A stretch of DNA of 64,000 bases from Eledone cirrhosa (lineage: Eukaryota): assembly GCA_964016885.1 (NCBI GenBank), contig OZ024740.1, positions 344,596,001 to 344,660,000 on the forward strand, written 5' to 3'. This document shows positions 13,379 through 26,508 of the stretch, one piece after another. A model generated the notes under the pieces. That model had not been told where the DNA came from. It saw only the letters and a program-made list of their open reading frames with translations, and did not search any database. The position numbers and the translations under genes were made by a program. Positions within the stretch are counted from its first letter, which is position 1. Every line of letters begins with the position of its first letter.

Positions 13379-13550
13379 GCTTTAAAATGGAATGAGAATA
13401 AGAAGAAAGCAAGAATGATTCCTCATCAGTTGTCTACTGGGGATCTCGGATATTTCAACGCTCTTTGAAATATCTGTGACCCCCAGTAGACAATTAATGA
13501 GGAACCCCCACCCATTCTTGCTTTCTTCTTACTTCATTCCATTTTTAAGC
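13379..13550. repeat. Imperfect palindrome (~80-bp arms) ending in (TA)n
   Basis: GCTTTAAAATGGAATGA..AGAAGAAAGCAAGAATG..TTGTCTACTGGGG..GATATTTCAA paired with TTGAAATATC..CCCCAGTAGACAA..CATTCTTGCTTTCTTCT..TCATTCCATTTTTAAGC. Confidence 0.85.
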
Positions 13551-14523
13551 TATATATATATATATTCATACAAACACACAAGCATGAATACATGCGTACA
13601 TATATACATAGTTAAACTCACACGTACACGCATACAGCTGTATGTCAAAATATGCTGACCACCACAGGGAATAAGTGACATCTTTGACTGAATACCAAAA
13701 CCACTCATTGCATCTGAGAGAGAGAGAGACATGGTATGAAATAGCCTAATTGATTGATTAATAGAGAAGGGGATATAGTAAGAGAACATATGAGAGTGAG
13801 GAAAACATGGATTCAGAAAGATAAAGACAAAGAGAGAAAGATATAGATAGAAAAAATGTTGGAGAAAAAGCCAAATCATTGGGCGATAGAAATATGGAAC
13901 AAATAATAAAAAAAAGCTGAATGTACAAATAAGGAAAATAAAGTATTTTAGACGGCTAGACAGCATAGCGAAAATGGAGTGAGAAAGCCAGGGTTCCACT
14001 TAATGTCTTGACTATCCAAAAGCTTTCACATTTGGGGTCAGGCGCCATTTAATTATTATTCCGCTTCTGTCAATGTCACACTTTCTGATTTAAACCCCAT
14101 AGGAATATGTATATGAATAGATTTATACATGTGTGTGCGTGTGTGCCTGTGTGTGTGTGTTGGGGTGGGGGTGTTGTGGGGGCTATGTGAGTGTGTGTGT
14201 AGGATTACATACGTATATGTGTATGAATGTACGAAGAACCATAAACGTTCGCGTCTCAAGTACACCACAGGAAACAGATAAAAAATAAATGCCAAAATGT
14301 AAGTTGGAGGACATATATGAGTAGGTACTCTCATAAGCGGGAGGGGGCCGCATACAAAAACAAGCAGGCACAAGAACACACACAGACACGTGTACATATA
14401 CACGGATAAAACCACACTGTCATACAGAAGGGCGGGTAGAATTACACTCACGCACTTACATTTACAAGCTAACATGGATGAACACACACAGAGGATAATG
14501 TGAAATTGTCTATAGTCCACACG

Positions 14524-14711
14524 TAGATTGGCAGGATCGGTAGAGTGTCGGACGCCATGTTTTGCAGCATAGAGTTACAACCCTCTACGATCTGATTTCA
14601 AATCTCGCCGAGGGTAACTTTGCCTTTCAACCTTACAAGGTCTATAAAATGAAGCACCAGTAATGCAGTGGATTAATTGCTGGCATTGTACTAAAAATAG
14701 AAACAATTATT
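14524..14711 (+). mobile_element. Full-length tRNA-like SINE
   Basis: A-box-like TGGCAGGATCGG, B-box-like GATTTCAAATC, shared core, and 3' end AGAAACAATTATT. Confidence 0.8.
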
Positions 14712-14767
14712 CTATGAAATAGGCGTATTTATGTATATGCACACACATGTACATATACACATATAAC

Positions 14768-14990
14768 CATGGTTGAATTGTCAGTGTCTTTATATCGTTG
14801 TATATGATCCAACGCTGCATTCGATCAAGCTCTCTGAGTTCAAATCCCAGCAGAGTCAACTTTGACATTTCTCCTCTCCCTCTTGATAAATAAGGTAACA
14901 GTCCGAGGTGGAGAATTAGTGATGTGACTAGAGAGTTGGGCGAAATATCTCGCAGTATCGGTTCCGGAACTTCGCGCACTGAAGGCATAA
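14768..14990 (+). mobile_element. Degenerate SINE
   Basis: CTGAGTTCAAATCCCAGCAGAGTCAACTTTG core. Confidence 0.55.
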
Positions 14991-15607
14991 CTACTATGTT
15001 ATAAATGCCAAAATGTATCGACCCATAATTTCCATTGAAAATCCCAGGTAGGAATACAGAAATTCATGGAATTCTTCCATAAATATAATCCGTAGCGACG
15101 CTTGAGAAATAGAAGCCAAACTTTAAGGTGCAGTACCACATATGTGTATGTGTTTGTGAGTGCGTGTTTGTGTGTAACAGCGCATATCTGTATACATGCA
15201 CAGGCTCATCATTTAGATATATATGAATGTATATGTGAGTGGCATACATTTGAAATTGGAAAGAAAGCGATATTTTCTATCAGAGAGCAGATCATTATGA
15301 TCTTTGATCTCATCTACGCAATCCTATGAAATGATGCTATCAGGATTGTTAAGACTGAGGTCATGTTGGTAAGGGATTGACAGACATACTCAAATGCTGT
15401 TTAGTACTTATGTTTAAGATTTATGTCGTCAGCGTTGCCTGGTAGCAAGTCTGTCGCAGACACACAAAGTGCCTGAGATACCGTTGACAAAAGTGAAACG
15501 AACGGAAAAGTGTATAAATGTAAAAAAAAAAGCATTTAAATATATATGAACACACTGATGGGAAGACACAAATGTACATACAAACACTCACAGAATAGCA
15601 CACATAC

Positions 15608-15778
<171 letters not shown>

Positions 15779-15799
15779 GGAGAATGCGTCAAGTTTTAT

Positions 15800-16856
15800 G
15801 ATTTTTTTAGTTAAATAAAGTCAGACATTAAATTTTCTCAGTAAATGAATAGGCATGCTGTAATAGTTGCATTAAAAGTACATCATAGTGATACAGCGAT
15901 AGCTTACTTCTTGAAATTTGGCCGATCCTTCGTCCTCAAATTTAGAAAGGATCTGGTAGCTGTTGCCGGTCCTAATACAATCAGAACACCTAAGTTTGTA
16001 AACGAAGTTCAAGAATTAATCAATAATTCTCCAAATTCAGAGCCATCGCAAGGAACCTTAAGGTTTCAGAAGGCACCTTGAGAAGAATTGTCCATGACGA
16101 CATATGTGATGCAGAGAAACCAGTTTATGTCGAATGTGACAAATGAAAATAGTTTGGTCCATGCATCGCGCTTACTGAAGAATGTAAAACATCAAAGGAG
16201 CTGGAATGCTTTGGTTCTTTTCTTATCATGTCCAAAAGGTAAACCAGGGGGATGACAGCTAGCAATAAAGAGACCCTAATGAGTTTCTGACGGTTATGCA
16301 CACCAAATCCCCAGCAACTGTGTTGTTTTGGGGTGTTGTCAGCAACGAGGGAGATGGCATGTCCCCGCATTGTTTTCTCCGGGTTAAAGGGTCAATGCTG
16401 CTGTCTAAAAAGAGGAGTTGGAGACTTCGTTTTCCAACCATACTCTGCAACTTCTCATACGACCAGAACTACACATTCATCAATGTGTGTCAATCTCCAT
16501 GTCTACGTTCTTCCAGACACATAGCCTCCTAGCTCACCATATCGCAATCCCCTTGAATATTACGTATCGGGCGTAGCTGAAAGAGAGGTCAATGATCACC
16601 CTCACAGCACTATAGAATTTCTCAAGACCGTCATTACCAGGACACTGTCCATTATTGATAGTGATCATCTCATTCGGGCATGCCGACACTTCAGACACCA
16701 TACTGAAGCTATCAGAGGATTCATTGAATATATATCATAAATGAATTGTAAATAATATTTGTATCAATTTGTATCGAAATATAGCATTTCCTTGATGCGC
16801 TATGAGTCTTCTTCTAAAATGCAAATGTCCCAATAAACTGACTCAGCCTGCACATA
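15800..16856 (+). mobile_element. Degenerate Tc1/mariner transposon (maT/DD37D-like)
   Basis: N-terminal HTH-like RHAVIVALKVHHSDTAIAYFLK, then TKSPATVLFWGVVSNEGDGMSPHCF, then SSPYRNPLEYYV (SPDLNPLDY-like) near 16530-16570. Many frameshifts; TIR pair not confirmed. Confidence 0.75.
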
Positions 16857-16861
16857 CATAA

Positions 16862-16926
<65 letters not shown>

Positions 16927-16975
16927 AGACGTAAAATAAGAAAATTATAAAATTAACTTACTTACTAAAATTTCA

Positions 16976-17055
16976 CTCCCAACTAATTAGTTTCTGAAAT
17001 GGAATAAATATACTTTCCGAAGAAAATATAAAGAAGCATTTCGTCGTCAGGGAAG
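16976..17055 (-). ncRNA. Type I hammerhead motif (left arm)
   Basis: Reverse complement of 17498-17576, with one extra base in loop II. Confidence 0.75.
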
Positions 17056-17497
17056 CCTATTCTCAGCTAAGTATCCAGGCAAAGCGTGGACTCTGGAAAC
17101 TTATACAAAAATAATTAAGTGGATAGAAAATAGCAAAGCGTGGACTGAATTCCTAGCCATTGAGAAAATCACTGCCTACTGCGTCGGTGGCAAATTCAAA
17201 AAGAATCAATCACGTGACATCGACGTCAATCAGTGGAAAGTGGTTTGTTAAGAAGACAGCGACCTGCCTGCTACCATAGCAGCAGTCTTGGCCAATATTG
17301 CTCGACAAATAATTTGGAGATAATTATAAAGAATGTCACGTGATTGATTCTTTTTGAATTTGCCACCGACGCAGTAGGCAGTGATTTTCTCAATGGCTAG
17401 GAATTCAGTCCACGCTTTGCTATTTTCTATCCACTGAATTATTTTTGTATAAGTTTCCAGAGTCCACGCTTTGCCTGGATACTTAGCTGAGAATAGG

Positions 17498-17576
17498 CTT
17501 CCCTGACGACGAAATGCTTCTTATATTTTCTTCGGAAAGTATATTTATTCCATTTCAGAAACTAATTAGTTGGGAG
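17498..17576 (+). ncRNA. Type I hammerhead motif with extended stem II
   Basis: CTTCC CTGACGA c GAAATG..[ATATTTTC-TTCG-GAAAGTAT]..CATTTC a GAAA CTAATTAG TT GGGAG. Confidence 0.75.
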
Positions 17577-17741
17577 TGAAATTTTAGTAAGTAAGTTAAT
17601 TTTATAATTTTCTCATTTTACGTCTCATATTATTGTTCTGCAACCCCATGCATTGAACCACAAAGTTACTAAGACAAAACCTATATATTTGCTAGCATTG
17701 ATATGCATCTGTATGTATATATATGTTACTAGATATTAATT

Positions 17742-17790
<49 letters not shown>

Positions 17791-17869
17791 TACCTACATA
17801 CATATATATACATGCACACATACACATATATATACATGCATGCATACATACATATATACATACATACAT

Positions 17870-18070
17870 GGTGGCTGCCAACTCGTTTTCGAGTACGGCC
17901 ACTACTTTATATCCATGTAGGAGAACCCCTACCGATGCGCTGAACGAGTGTGACTTTTTAGTCCAGCCAGCGACTTGAAAACTCTGGTACAAACACTACA
18001 CTTGTGACAATTATTGACACATAGTGCTGGGCCCATGGTACAATGTGACGACAAGTGCAGAGAGATCTCC
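17870..18070 (-). mobile_element. 3' tip of an RTE-type LINE (terminal C2H2 finger)
   Basis: CSVCTRVFKSLAGLKSHTRSAHR followed by a stop, a short UTR and TATG-type repeats. Confidence 0.55.
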
Positions 18071-18189
18071 ATACATACATACATACATACATACATACAT
18101 ACATACATACATACATACATACATACATACATACATACATACATACATACATACATACAGAAAAAGTTGTGCATGGATACTTGAGACGT

Positions 18190-18925
18190 AAAACACAGAC
18201 CATATAGGGGATAAACCACTAAGAAAGCCTGGCATGGTGTTCCGACAAGTTTATGACATCACACCTTGAGGGATATCTCTATGCAATACAGGAACAAGAA
18301 CTCCCTACCAAATATCTGCTGTCTAAAAGAGAAGGGCTATCAGCTGACAATAAATGCAGGCTATGTAAAACAAAGATTGAAGATGTAAGCCACATTGTTG
18401 CCAGTTGCGAAAGACTGTCGTCTCGCTATCACCTCCCCATGAGACATGATGGAATAGCTAGAACCATCTGGAACCTACTTCGGAGAACAAAATTAAAAAC
18501 AAACGAGGAAGAATATATTGAGACAGATGGCATTAAGGAATAGTGGTGGAACCTGAAATTAAAAACTGCCACCAAATTAAAGCACAACCGGTCTGATATT
18601 GTTGTTTGGGACCACACATTGAAAACGTGTTCTGTTGTGGAGATCAGCTGCCCACTTGATGTAAACGTTGTCAGAAAAATATAGGTGAAGGAGGACATCT
18701 ATGGACCATTGATGAAGAGTTTATAAATCCAGTATCTAAGATACACCTTTAGCTTCATACCCATCATTATTGGAGCTATGGGTTATATACCAACCCGCTT
18801 GGACCAATGTATAACTGAACTTGGATTTGCGGACAAAGAGCGCAGCTCCCTAATTCATAGTCTACAAATGGCAGCGATAGCTGGCACCTTCAAAATTTGC
18901 AAAACATTCTTGCGATTCAAGGGAT
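18190..18925 (+). mobile_element. RLE-type (R4/R2-like) LINE C-terminal fragment
   Basis: AIQEQELPTKY, CRLCKTKIEDVSHIVASC, RHD, HNRSDIVVWD, VVEISCP, FIPIIIGAMG. Confidence 0.85.
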
Positions 18926-19799
18926 GACAATTTCTTTTCTTTCACAACCTTGCCACCAAGAAGGTGGCCGGTCAAAAATATACTCGAAATTAAGAGAAAG
19001 AGAGAACATAGATACATACTTATACAAAGGAGTGTTCTTCCAAGTCACAATATTCCGCGGTACGGTGGGTCGGTTTTTACCACATTTACTGGTTGACATT
19101 CTATATACCACACCTATACTCGTCAGAATTACTCAAAATAAATTTCCTTCTTTAATACTTTATGTATGAGATGAAAGGATTCGACTTTTGTTCTTGATTG
19201 TGGGATTACATTAAGCTTGACATTTTATTGGCATAACTTTGTAATTTAGAAGCATTAATTGCTTTTGACTATGAACAATAGTTTGGTATATAAGCCCTGT
19301 CGATGGTAAGCATTTGTACAGCGCCGCCTGAGGGATTCGATTACCACGATGACCAGTATATTACACGTCTGGTATCGAGTTCCATGTGCGACGCTGTACC
19401 AATCTTTTCCGTCAACAGGTTTTAAAAAATCAACCTATTAGATTAGTTTTTATAGTGAAAAAGATTTATTCTAGCTTGCAAATTCAAACTTCCCATCATT
19501 AATGATTCTACAAATAGACTGCTTACAATTGCTTACATACCTACTACCTGGTTTATAAGGCTTCATATAACGATAAACATTATCAGCTGTCGCTTTATTG
19601 TAATGGCGAATATGACGAAACGGTATATTGTTGGTATGCGTTTGAGTCCAACGGGTGGTCAAGTACAAATATCCCTTTCTGGGTTTATATATCCAACTCA
19701 AATTAGTTTGCATAGTAAAGAATTGCTGATGCTTCTATGCTTCTAACATACAAATTCAAACTTCATATCGCTCAATGGTTACAAAAATAGATTATATAT

Positions 19800-20533
19800 G
19801 CTGGCTTACCGGTCGCTGCCTTCAATTCGCAAAGCTGTCTAAACGTAATGTTACGGTAAAATACCTTATTGAGTGCTTGGTTGCACATTCCGATTGCATT
19901 TGTTAGTTTAGCTGCAGCCAGAACTTCGATTATGCTGTACTTCCATTAGTATTATTATCTCCTAGACTTAATGATTAACTGATTAATTTAATTAGACAAT
20001 TCTATTGATTGGTTAATTATTTATATTTGTTTAATAACCTCTGGTCGAGAGCTTTATTCGGTTTGTGGAAAGGAATTTATTCCTTTGTTCAAATTTTGAA
20101 TTTCGACCACCAAAAACCGGGGGTTACCTCCCTTCGGGAAAATCACGTGACAGCCAACAGTGTTTACTGCGAAAATTCACAACCGGCGCGGCTGAGAACG
20201 GAAACCTGTTGAGAAAGCGAATCCTCTGTTCAATCTTCCAAAACCAATAACTTGCATGCCCCGCAAGTGGATTTTGTTGATTTACAGAAACCTAGCGGAG
20301 ATATTGCATAATATCGACGCGATGGTCCAGGTTTGTCATATTTTCCTGAGTCAGTTTTCTCGTTGCTTTGATCCCTGCGGCTGCCTTACCGGTCGCTGCC
20401 TTCAATTTGCAAAGCTGTCTAAACGTAATGTTATAACTCTATGGTAAAATACCTTATTGAGTGCTTAACTGCACATTCCGATTGCATTCGTTAGCTTAAC
20501 TGCAGCCAGAGCTTCGATTATTCTGTACTTCAA
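19800..20533 (+). repeat. ~150-bp diverged direct repeat (19800-19945 and 20380-20533) ending at (TA)n
   Basis: CTTACCGGTCGCTGCCTTCAATT..GCAAAGCTGTCTAAACGTAATGTTA..CTGTACTTC present twice. Confidence 0.85.
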
Positions 20534-20566
20534 TTTGTATATATATATATACATATATATATATAC

Positions 20567-20597
<31 letters not shown>

Positions 20598-21627
20598 CAT
20601 ATATATATATATTTCGTTTCTGAATTTGTTTAGCAATATTCTTTATCTGAAAACGTGTGTTGAAACCGATATTGTTATACTTTGGGAGGGTCATGTTGCA
20701 AATAAGAAACACACGTACCAGTAGCTTTCACTTCAATTTATTATAAATTAAATTTATAAATTTAGGAATTTATAAATTTCCGGTTGGTTGGTTGGTTCCA
20801 CAAATCGATGATAACCACCGTAAGTGAGGTACTTAATACATTATAAGAGTGTAAACACGTACACACATGCACACACAAATACACACACACATACATACAT
20901 ATCTGCACATACATACATGCGCATAACTTCATACATACATAATTATATCTTATATATATATACAATAGATACACACGCGTGTATATATACATATACTTCT
21001 ATACACAGTATATGTAGTAAGTTATTTGTTTCTCATTCCTAACGTAGAAATGATCGCCGAAGTTAAATATATTAATAAAAAAATATAATCGAAAAACTTT
21101 ATCCTTGTTCTACCTAAATGTATAGAACTGAAATGAACAGCAAATATTTTCTATTGTCACTACCAATGTCTGAATTGCTTTTGAGAACTCCCCGAAAACA
21201 TAAATTTTAGACGAATCTGTCTTTCAGATTGCGTTGAAATCTAGAAATCTTGAAGTATATCATATTCATCTAAATAGTTTGAGAGGTGATCGGCTTCGTT
21301 CGGTTCATTAGCCGTTGGCAAATGCAACAATGTTTGGAAGGATATCTATGACAAGACCGGAATAGAGAAAAACAAATAAATGATTTAAATATAGATATTC
21401 GAACAAACTATAGAAAGAATTTTAAGGTAAACTAACGCCCAAAATAAAGAATGGGCTGGGAAGAACAACAACCCAGGGCAAACACAATGAATTATGGTCA
21501 TTCTATTAAATAGAAGATCATCGATTTTTTAATATCTATCTAAATATAAATCTAAATTTCTATTTTTATATACAGACAAAAACAGATACTCATAGACATA
21601 CAGATTCGTATGTAAAATATGCAACAA

Positions 21628-21725
<98 letters not shown>

Positions 21726-21856
21726 TTAGGGTGGTAAACATTGATGCAATTCAATTCAAGCACTCAACGTACTTTTTCCACATAGGAGTGACGGAGTAAA
21801 TATCGAATAAGTAAAAGCGAAGTAGTTTCAGATGTTCAAGTCCTTTAATAATATTG

Positions 21857-21928
21857 CTGTGATATATATTTCAATGACGGCACTGGCCACACTGTTCTGT
21901 GTGCGAGTGTCGTGACATCATCAGACAG
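21857..21928 (-). ncRNA. Type I hammerhead motif with long stem II
   Basis: Minus strand reads CTGT CTGATGA tgtc ACGACACT cg CACAC-agaaca-GTGTG gcc AGTGCCGT catt GAAA TATATA TC ACAG. Confidence 0.6.
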
Positions 21929-22584
21929 TTTGTTACATAATAAGGTTATGTTTCCGAGGCAATCCAAGTTGAATCGACATGGGAAAGGACGAAGTGTGTG
22001 CTTTGGAGTTCTTCATCCGTTCCCCTGTGAGTACCAATTCACCCCGACCTGTCTGCGCAGGCGCATGTCCGAAGGAAGTTGACCATTAGCTATCGCAGTT
22101 TTCAACGAAATTCGCTTAGTCAGTTCACCCTCTCAGCCAAACAATGACCCATTTAGGCCTGTACCATAGTTTACTGCTACCCGTCCCGTCTGTGGCAGTC
22201 AGCCGAAAGCCAGAGGGGATGGGAGAGTGTTGGTATTTACAGGTCCCAATACTACCTCTCACCAAGCATGGACATTACGACTGACCATCAACTCAAGAGA
22301 AAACATACTTAATTCTAGGTATCATGGTTTTACATTGGAAGTTCTACAAGTGTAGTTACTGTATTTATTCACACCGAGAAAAAATGAAAAATGATTTTGG
22401 TGTCATAAATAATATAAATATATTTCGTAAGTTTATGATCCAATTGTTCCCATACTCATATTTCATCATTGATAAGACAATATAGTCTGAAATATATTAG
22501 AAACGTAGAAACAAACAAGCAGCAACAGAAATAACACAATCACCAATATGATCCCACTCTTCGTTCACGTCGATGTCATCATCG

Positions 22585-22639
<55 letters not shown>

Positions 22640-22652
22640 TATTATTATTATT

Positions 22653-25600
22653 GTTCCTTGAGTCTCAGTCATTGACGTTATTTAACTGGAATGTTTGTTG
22701 AAATGAATATCAAGCCGCTACCTGCAGACTCATATATTCAGGACGTATCGGAGGGTCCTTGCTGTTCCCAGCAAGCATGCCTATTGAAGTGTTCCAAAAA
22801 GCGGGGCTCGACTGATCTTCTTTAACCATCCTTGGAAACTCTTTAAGATAGTACCTAGTGCGCCTATGACAATCGGGACGACTCTGACTTCATGGCAGTT
22901 CCAAATCCTTTTTAACTCCCACTTTAAGTCCTGGTATCGGTTAATTTTCTCTCTCTCCTTTTCTTGCACTCTCGTGTCAAATGCGCAGGCTACATCTACA
23001 ATCAGGTACGATCTGTTTTCCTTGTCCCAAAACCACCAGATCAGACCTATTGTGTTCTAATTTCTTGTCCGTCTGTAACCTAAAATCCCATAGCACCTTC
23101 ACCTGATCGTTTTCTCTCACCGACTCTGGCTTATGCTCATACCACTTCTCAGAATGTTGTAAATTGTTTACTTTGCATAGATGCCAGTGGATCACCCTGC
23201 CTATCACATCATGTCTCCAGTCTTTATAGTGAGCCTGGGCTAGGTGTTTACACTCGGATACAATATGAGTCACAGTCGCCTCTCTCTCTCTCTCCAGATC
23301 CTACACAGTGGGCTAGCCTCCTCCTTGTCAATACGGTGTTTCACTCAGTATCTTCTCCTTCAGTACAATTTTGAGCATTGTCCCTCTCTACTCCCAGTCA
23401 CATATTTGTGCAGGTTGTTTTTCTCTTGACATCACTCCTCTTGTGGAACATGTTGTAGATAGTCAATAGCTTCCTAGTCTCCTATCCATTTCTTTTTGTT
23501 CAGCAACATTCCATTTCAGAATTCCCGCACTGTACCTATTAATAGACACAGCTCGGGAATTTACTGCACTTATGACATTCCTACTATTTAGATGTGATTT
23601 TAATACGCTCCTTACTCACTTTATGTACTCAGATCTTATCAATTCCTTCATTTTTTGTTCTTGATGTCATCTGCCTCCAGAACACCTAAATATTTATATC
23701 TCTCTTCAGTGTCAATTTCCTTTATCATCTCACCTGTTGGTACCTGGATTCCGTTGCTTCTGCTCAATTTACCCCTTTTCATCACTAGGAATCCACACTT
23801 ATTAATACCAAATTCCATACATATATCACTGCTGAAAATAGAGACAGTGTCAACAAGTACATCCAACTCCTTCTCACTCTTCCCAAAGAGTTTAAGTTCG
23901 TCCATGAAGAGGAGGTGGTTGATGGTAAGCTCTGCTCTTCCCAACATGTATCCTCCTCTCACTTTTCGCAATATAACGGACAGGGGGATCAGGGCAAGAA
24001 CAAACAGCAGAGGGACAAACTATTTCCCTGGAAGATACCTCTCTTGATCTTCAGCCCCCCAAGGATTCTCCACCTGATGTTAACACTTTTTCCCAGGACT
24101 TCATACTTTTCCTCAACAACTGTCTGAGGTTATCTGCCATCTTGAAGATCTCTAGCCTTTGGGATATCCAATAATGAGGTACCATGTCGAATGCCTTTTT
24201 GTAATCTATCCATCCCATGGCAAGACCAATGTGTCTCCTCTTGCAATACCTCATTACCATCTTATCAATAAATTACTGGTCTTTTGTACCCCGGGACTTC
24301 TTTCGGCATCCTTTCTGTTCGTCCGGTATCAAGTTGTTTATGTGGAGGTGATGGTAGATTTTCTTAGACACTATGCTTGTTAACAGTTTCCACATTATGG
24401 ACAGTCATGTGATAGGCCTATAGTTGGTAACATCATTAAACTCGATCCGGTCATTCATTACCAGAGCTGTGGTACCTTTTGTCAACCACTCCGGTACTTC
24501 ACCCGACATCAAGCAGTCATTGAACATGGCTGTCAGTTTCGGGTGGAGGGATGTTATATGTTTAATCCAATATCCTTGCACACTATCTGGGCCTGGTGAT
24601 TTCCAGTTGGTTAGATTTTTTGGCCTGCGGTTTAAGAGTTTCAACTGTGATACTCAAATCAGGTTGTTGGTGTGCTTGTTCACTAATCTCCTTTTGAACT
24701 GTCTCAATCCACACTGGCTGACTATTATGTTCAACATCCTGCTCCCATATTCCTCTCCAGAATGTCTTAGTTTGTTCCGCCTCAGGGATCAAGACGGTGC
24801 CTCTTTCTTTCCCTTCAAGCTGTCCAAACAACATCTTCTGGTTGTTGTCAAGCATGCGGTTCTGTCTATACTGACTGACTCTGCTCTCGTATCGCCTAAT
24901 CTTTGCACTCTTTGCTACAATGCGTTGCTTCAGTCCTCTATGATAATATTTAGCTTTTTCGTTTTTAGTATTTTATTTTCAATCTATCTTTAGGGTCTAT
25001 GTTTTGTAATGTCCCATTCAGTAGGGACTCAAGCTTTCCAATGTCTTTTCTCATTTCCTTGATTTGACCATTCAGTCGTTTCTTCCACCAAGGTTCTGAT
25101 CTTTCTTGTTTGTTGTGTCCTCTCATTTTATGCCAAGTAATTTCCTCACCGCATTTGCGGTTGCTTTGAGGATATTGTTGCATTGGTGAAGGTACCTCGC
25201 CTCAAGGTATGGGATGACTTTGTTTACCTTAGCTGTTGTTTCTTTTACCTTTTTCCTGTCTACAAATCTTAGGTTCATAGGTTTCCCGCTATCATTGTTC
25301 ATTTCATCTACCACTAAGTTCAGGATATCAACCGAATCTTGTCCTAGCCATCAGCATTCATTTCCTCAATGGCCGAATCTTTGTTCCAGATGTTATTTAT
25401 TTCAGCATTCAGATCATTGTCTGCTTCGGATGATTCCTCGGGTCTCTCAACCTCTTCACCTTCATTTCCCACTGGCTCGTTTGACTGGCATACTCCTCTC
25501 TCCATTTCCAACTTAATCTCTCTGCTCAGTTCCTCCAGTTCCAACTCACTTATCCATCCATTAGTTCTTATTACCCGAGCATGTCCGGTCGATTTTTGTT

Positions 25601-25900
25601 CATCTAATTTAAATAGACCAATCTCATTCCAGATGTTATGCATCCGTTTCTTATAGCCTTTTCAATGGGGTTACTCTTCCGGTAACATTTCATGACAGTT
25701 CTATTCAATTCTTTCGTCCAGTTGGTTCTTGTCCCTTTCCTTCTTCTTCAACACCAGCAGCATTTGGATGACAGCCAGGTCCCTGCTGCTGGCCCAGGGA
25801 GCACCTGCTGGATGAGAGTCTTTCACATGACGTTCCAATATCCTTTTCACCGTTATTCGAACTGTTTAGGTTCGATATTTAAACACTCATATCGAGGAAT
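22653..25900 (-). mobile_element. Near full-length decayed R4/Dong LINE
   Basis: NWKSPGPDSVQGYW, NYRPIT, WIDYKKAFDMVPH, HLLFMDELKLF, THIVSEC..WRHD, HNRSDLVV, VPIVIGALG. 3' tail is (AAT)n then (GAT)n on the sense strand. 5' boundary approximate. Confidence 0.9.
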
Positions 25901-26261
25901 GGTGAATGTATGGTTACATAACCACCGGCGATTTTAGCGTGGCACTATCACGCTGTAGACGAAAATAAATAAATAAACAAATAAATAAAAACACACAAAA
26001 ATAAACATAAGTTTCATTGTAATGTTTGAATGTCTGACTTTTTTCTTTTTGTTTTTCAAGGCCACTACCATCGGTTACTAGTGTTGTTGTTGCTGCTGCT
26101 GCTGTTTTTGATTTTAGCTACGCTAAGCTCGTAGTCATAGCAACTAGGGAGGTAAGGGGTGTTACGTTCAAAACTTTTGAAATTTGTTTTTCTTTTGATG
26201 TTGCGTTTGTTTTTGTCTGTGTTCTATTCTGTAATTTTTCGACTTGTTGCTTATCATTATT

Positions 26262-26508
26262 ATCCCGCCGAGGTTGACTTTGCTTTTCATCCTTACGGGG
26301 CCGATAAAATAAAGTACCAGTAATGCACTGGGTGATTGCTGGCCTTGTGCCTAATGTAGAAACAATTATTATTATATTTGCTGAGTTCAAATCTCGCCGA
26401 GGTTAACTTTACCTTTCATCCATACGGGGTCGATAAAATAAAGTACCAGCAATGCACTGGTTAATTGCTGGCCTTGTGCCAAACGTAGAAACAATTATTA
26501 TTATTATT
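26262..26508 (+). mobile_element. Two tandem 5'-truncated SINE copies with (ATT)n tails
   Basis: CGCCGAGGTT(G/A)ACTTT..CTTTCATCC.TACGGGG..GATAAAATAAAGTACCAG..GGCCTTGTGCC..GTAGAAACAATTATTATT present twice. Confidence 0.85.

Larger units (their letters stand above)
16926..17627. repeat. Long inverted repeat: ~295-bp arms, ~113-bp spacer; abuts (TA)n
   Basis: 16926-17220 is the reverse complement of about 17333-17627 with a few differences. Confidence 0.95.

Noticed and set aside
19048-19135. Minus-strand CTGACGA with possible stems
   Set aside because: No GAAA or UH at the required place. At most a deleted hammerhead relic.
19471-19713. Minus-strand ORF with a Cys pair vaguely like a Penelope linker
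   Set aside because: No diagnostic motif, too weak to call.
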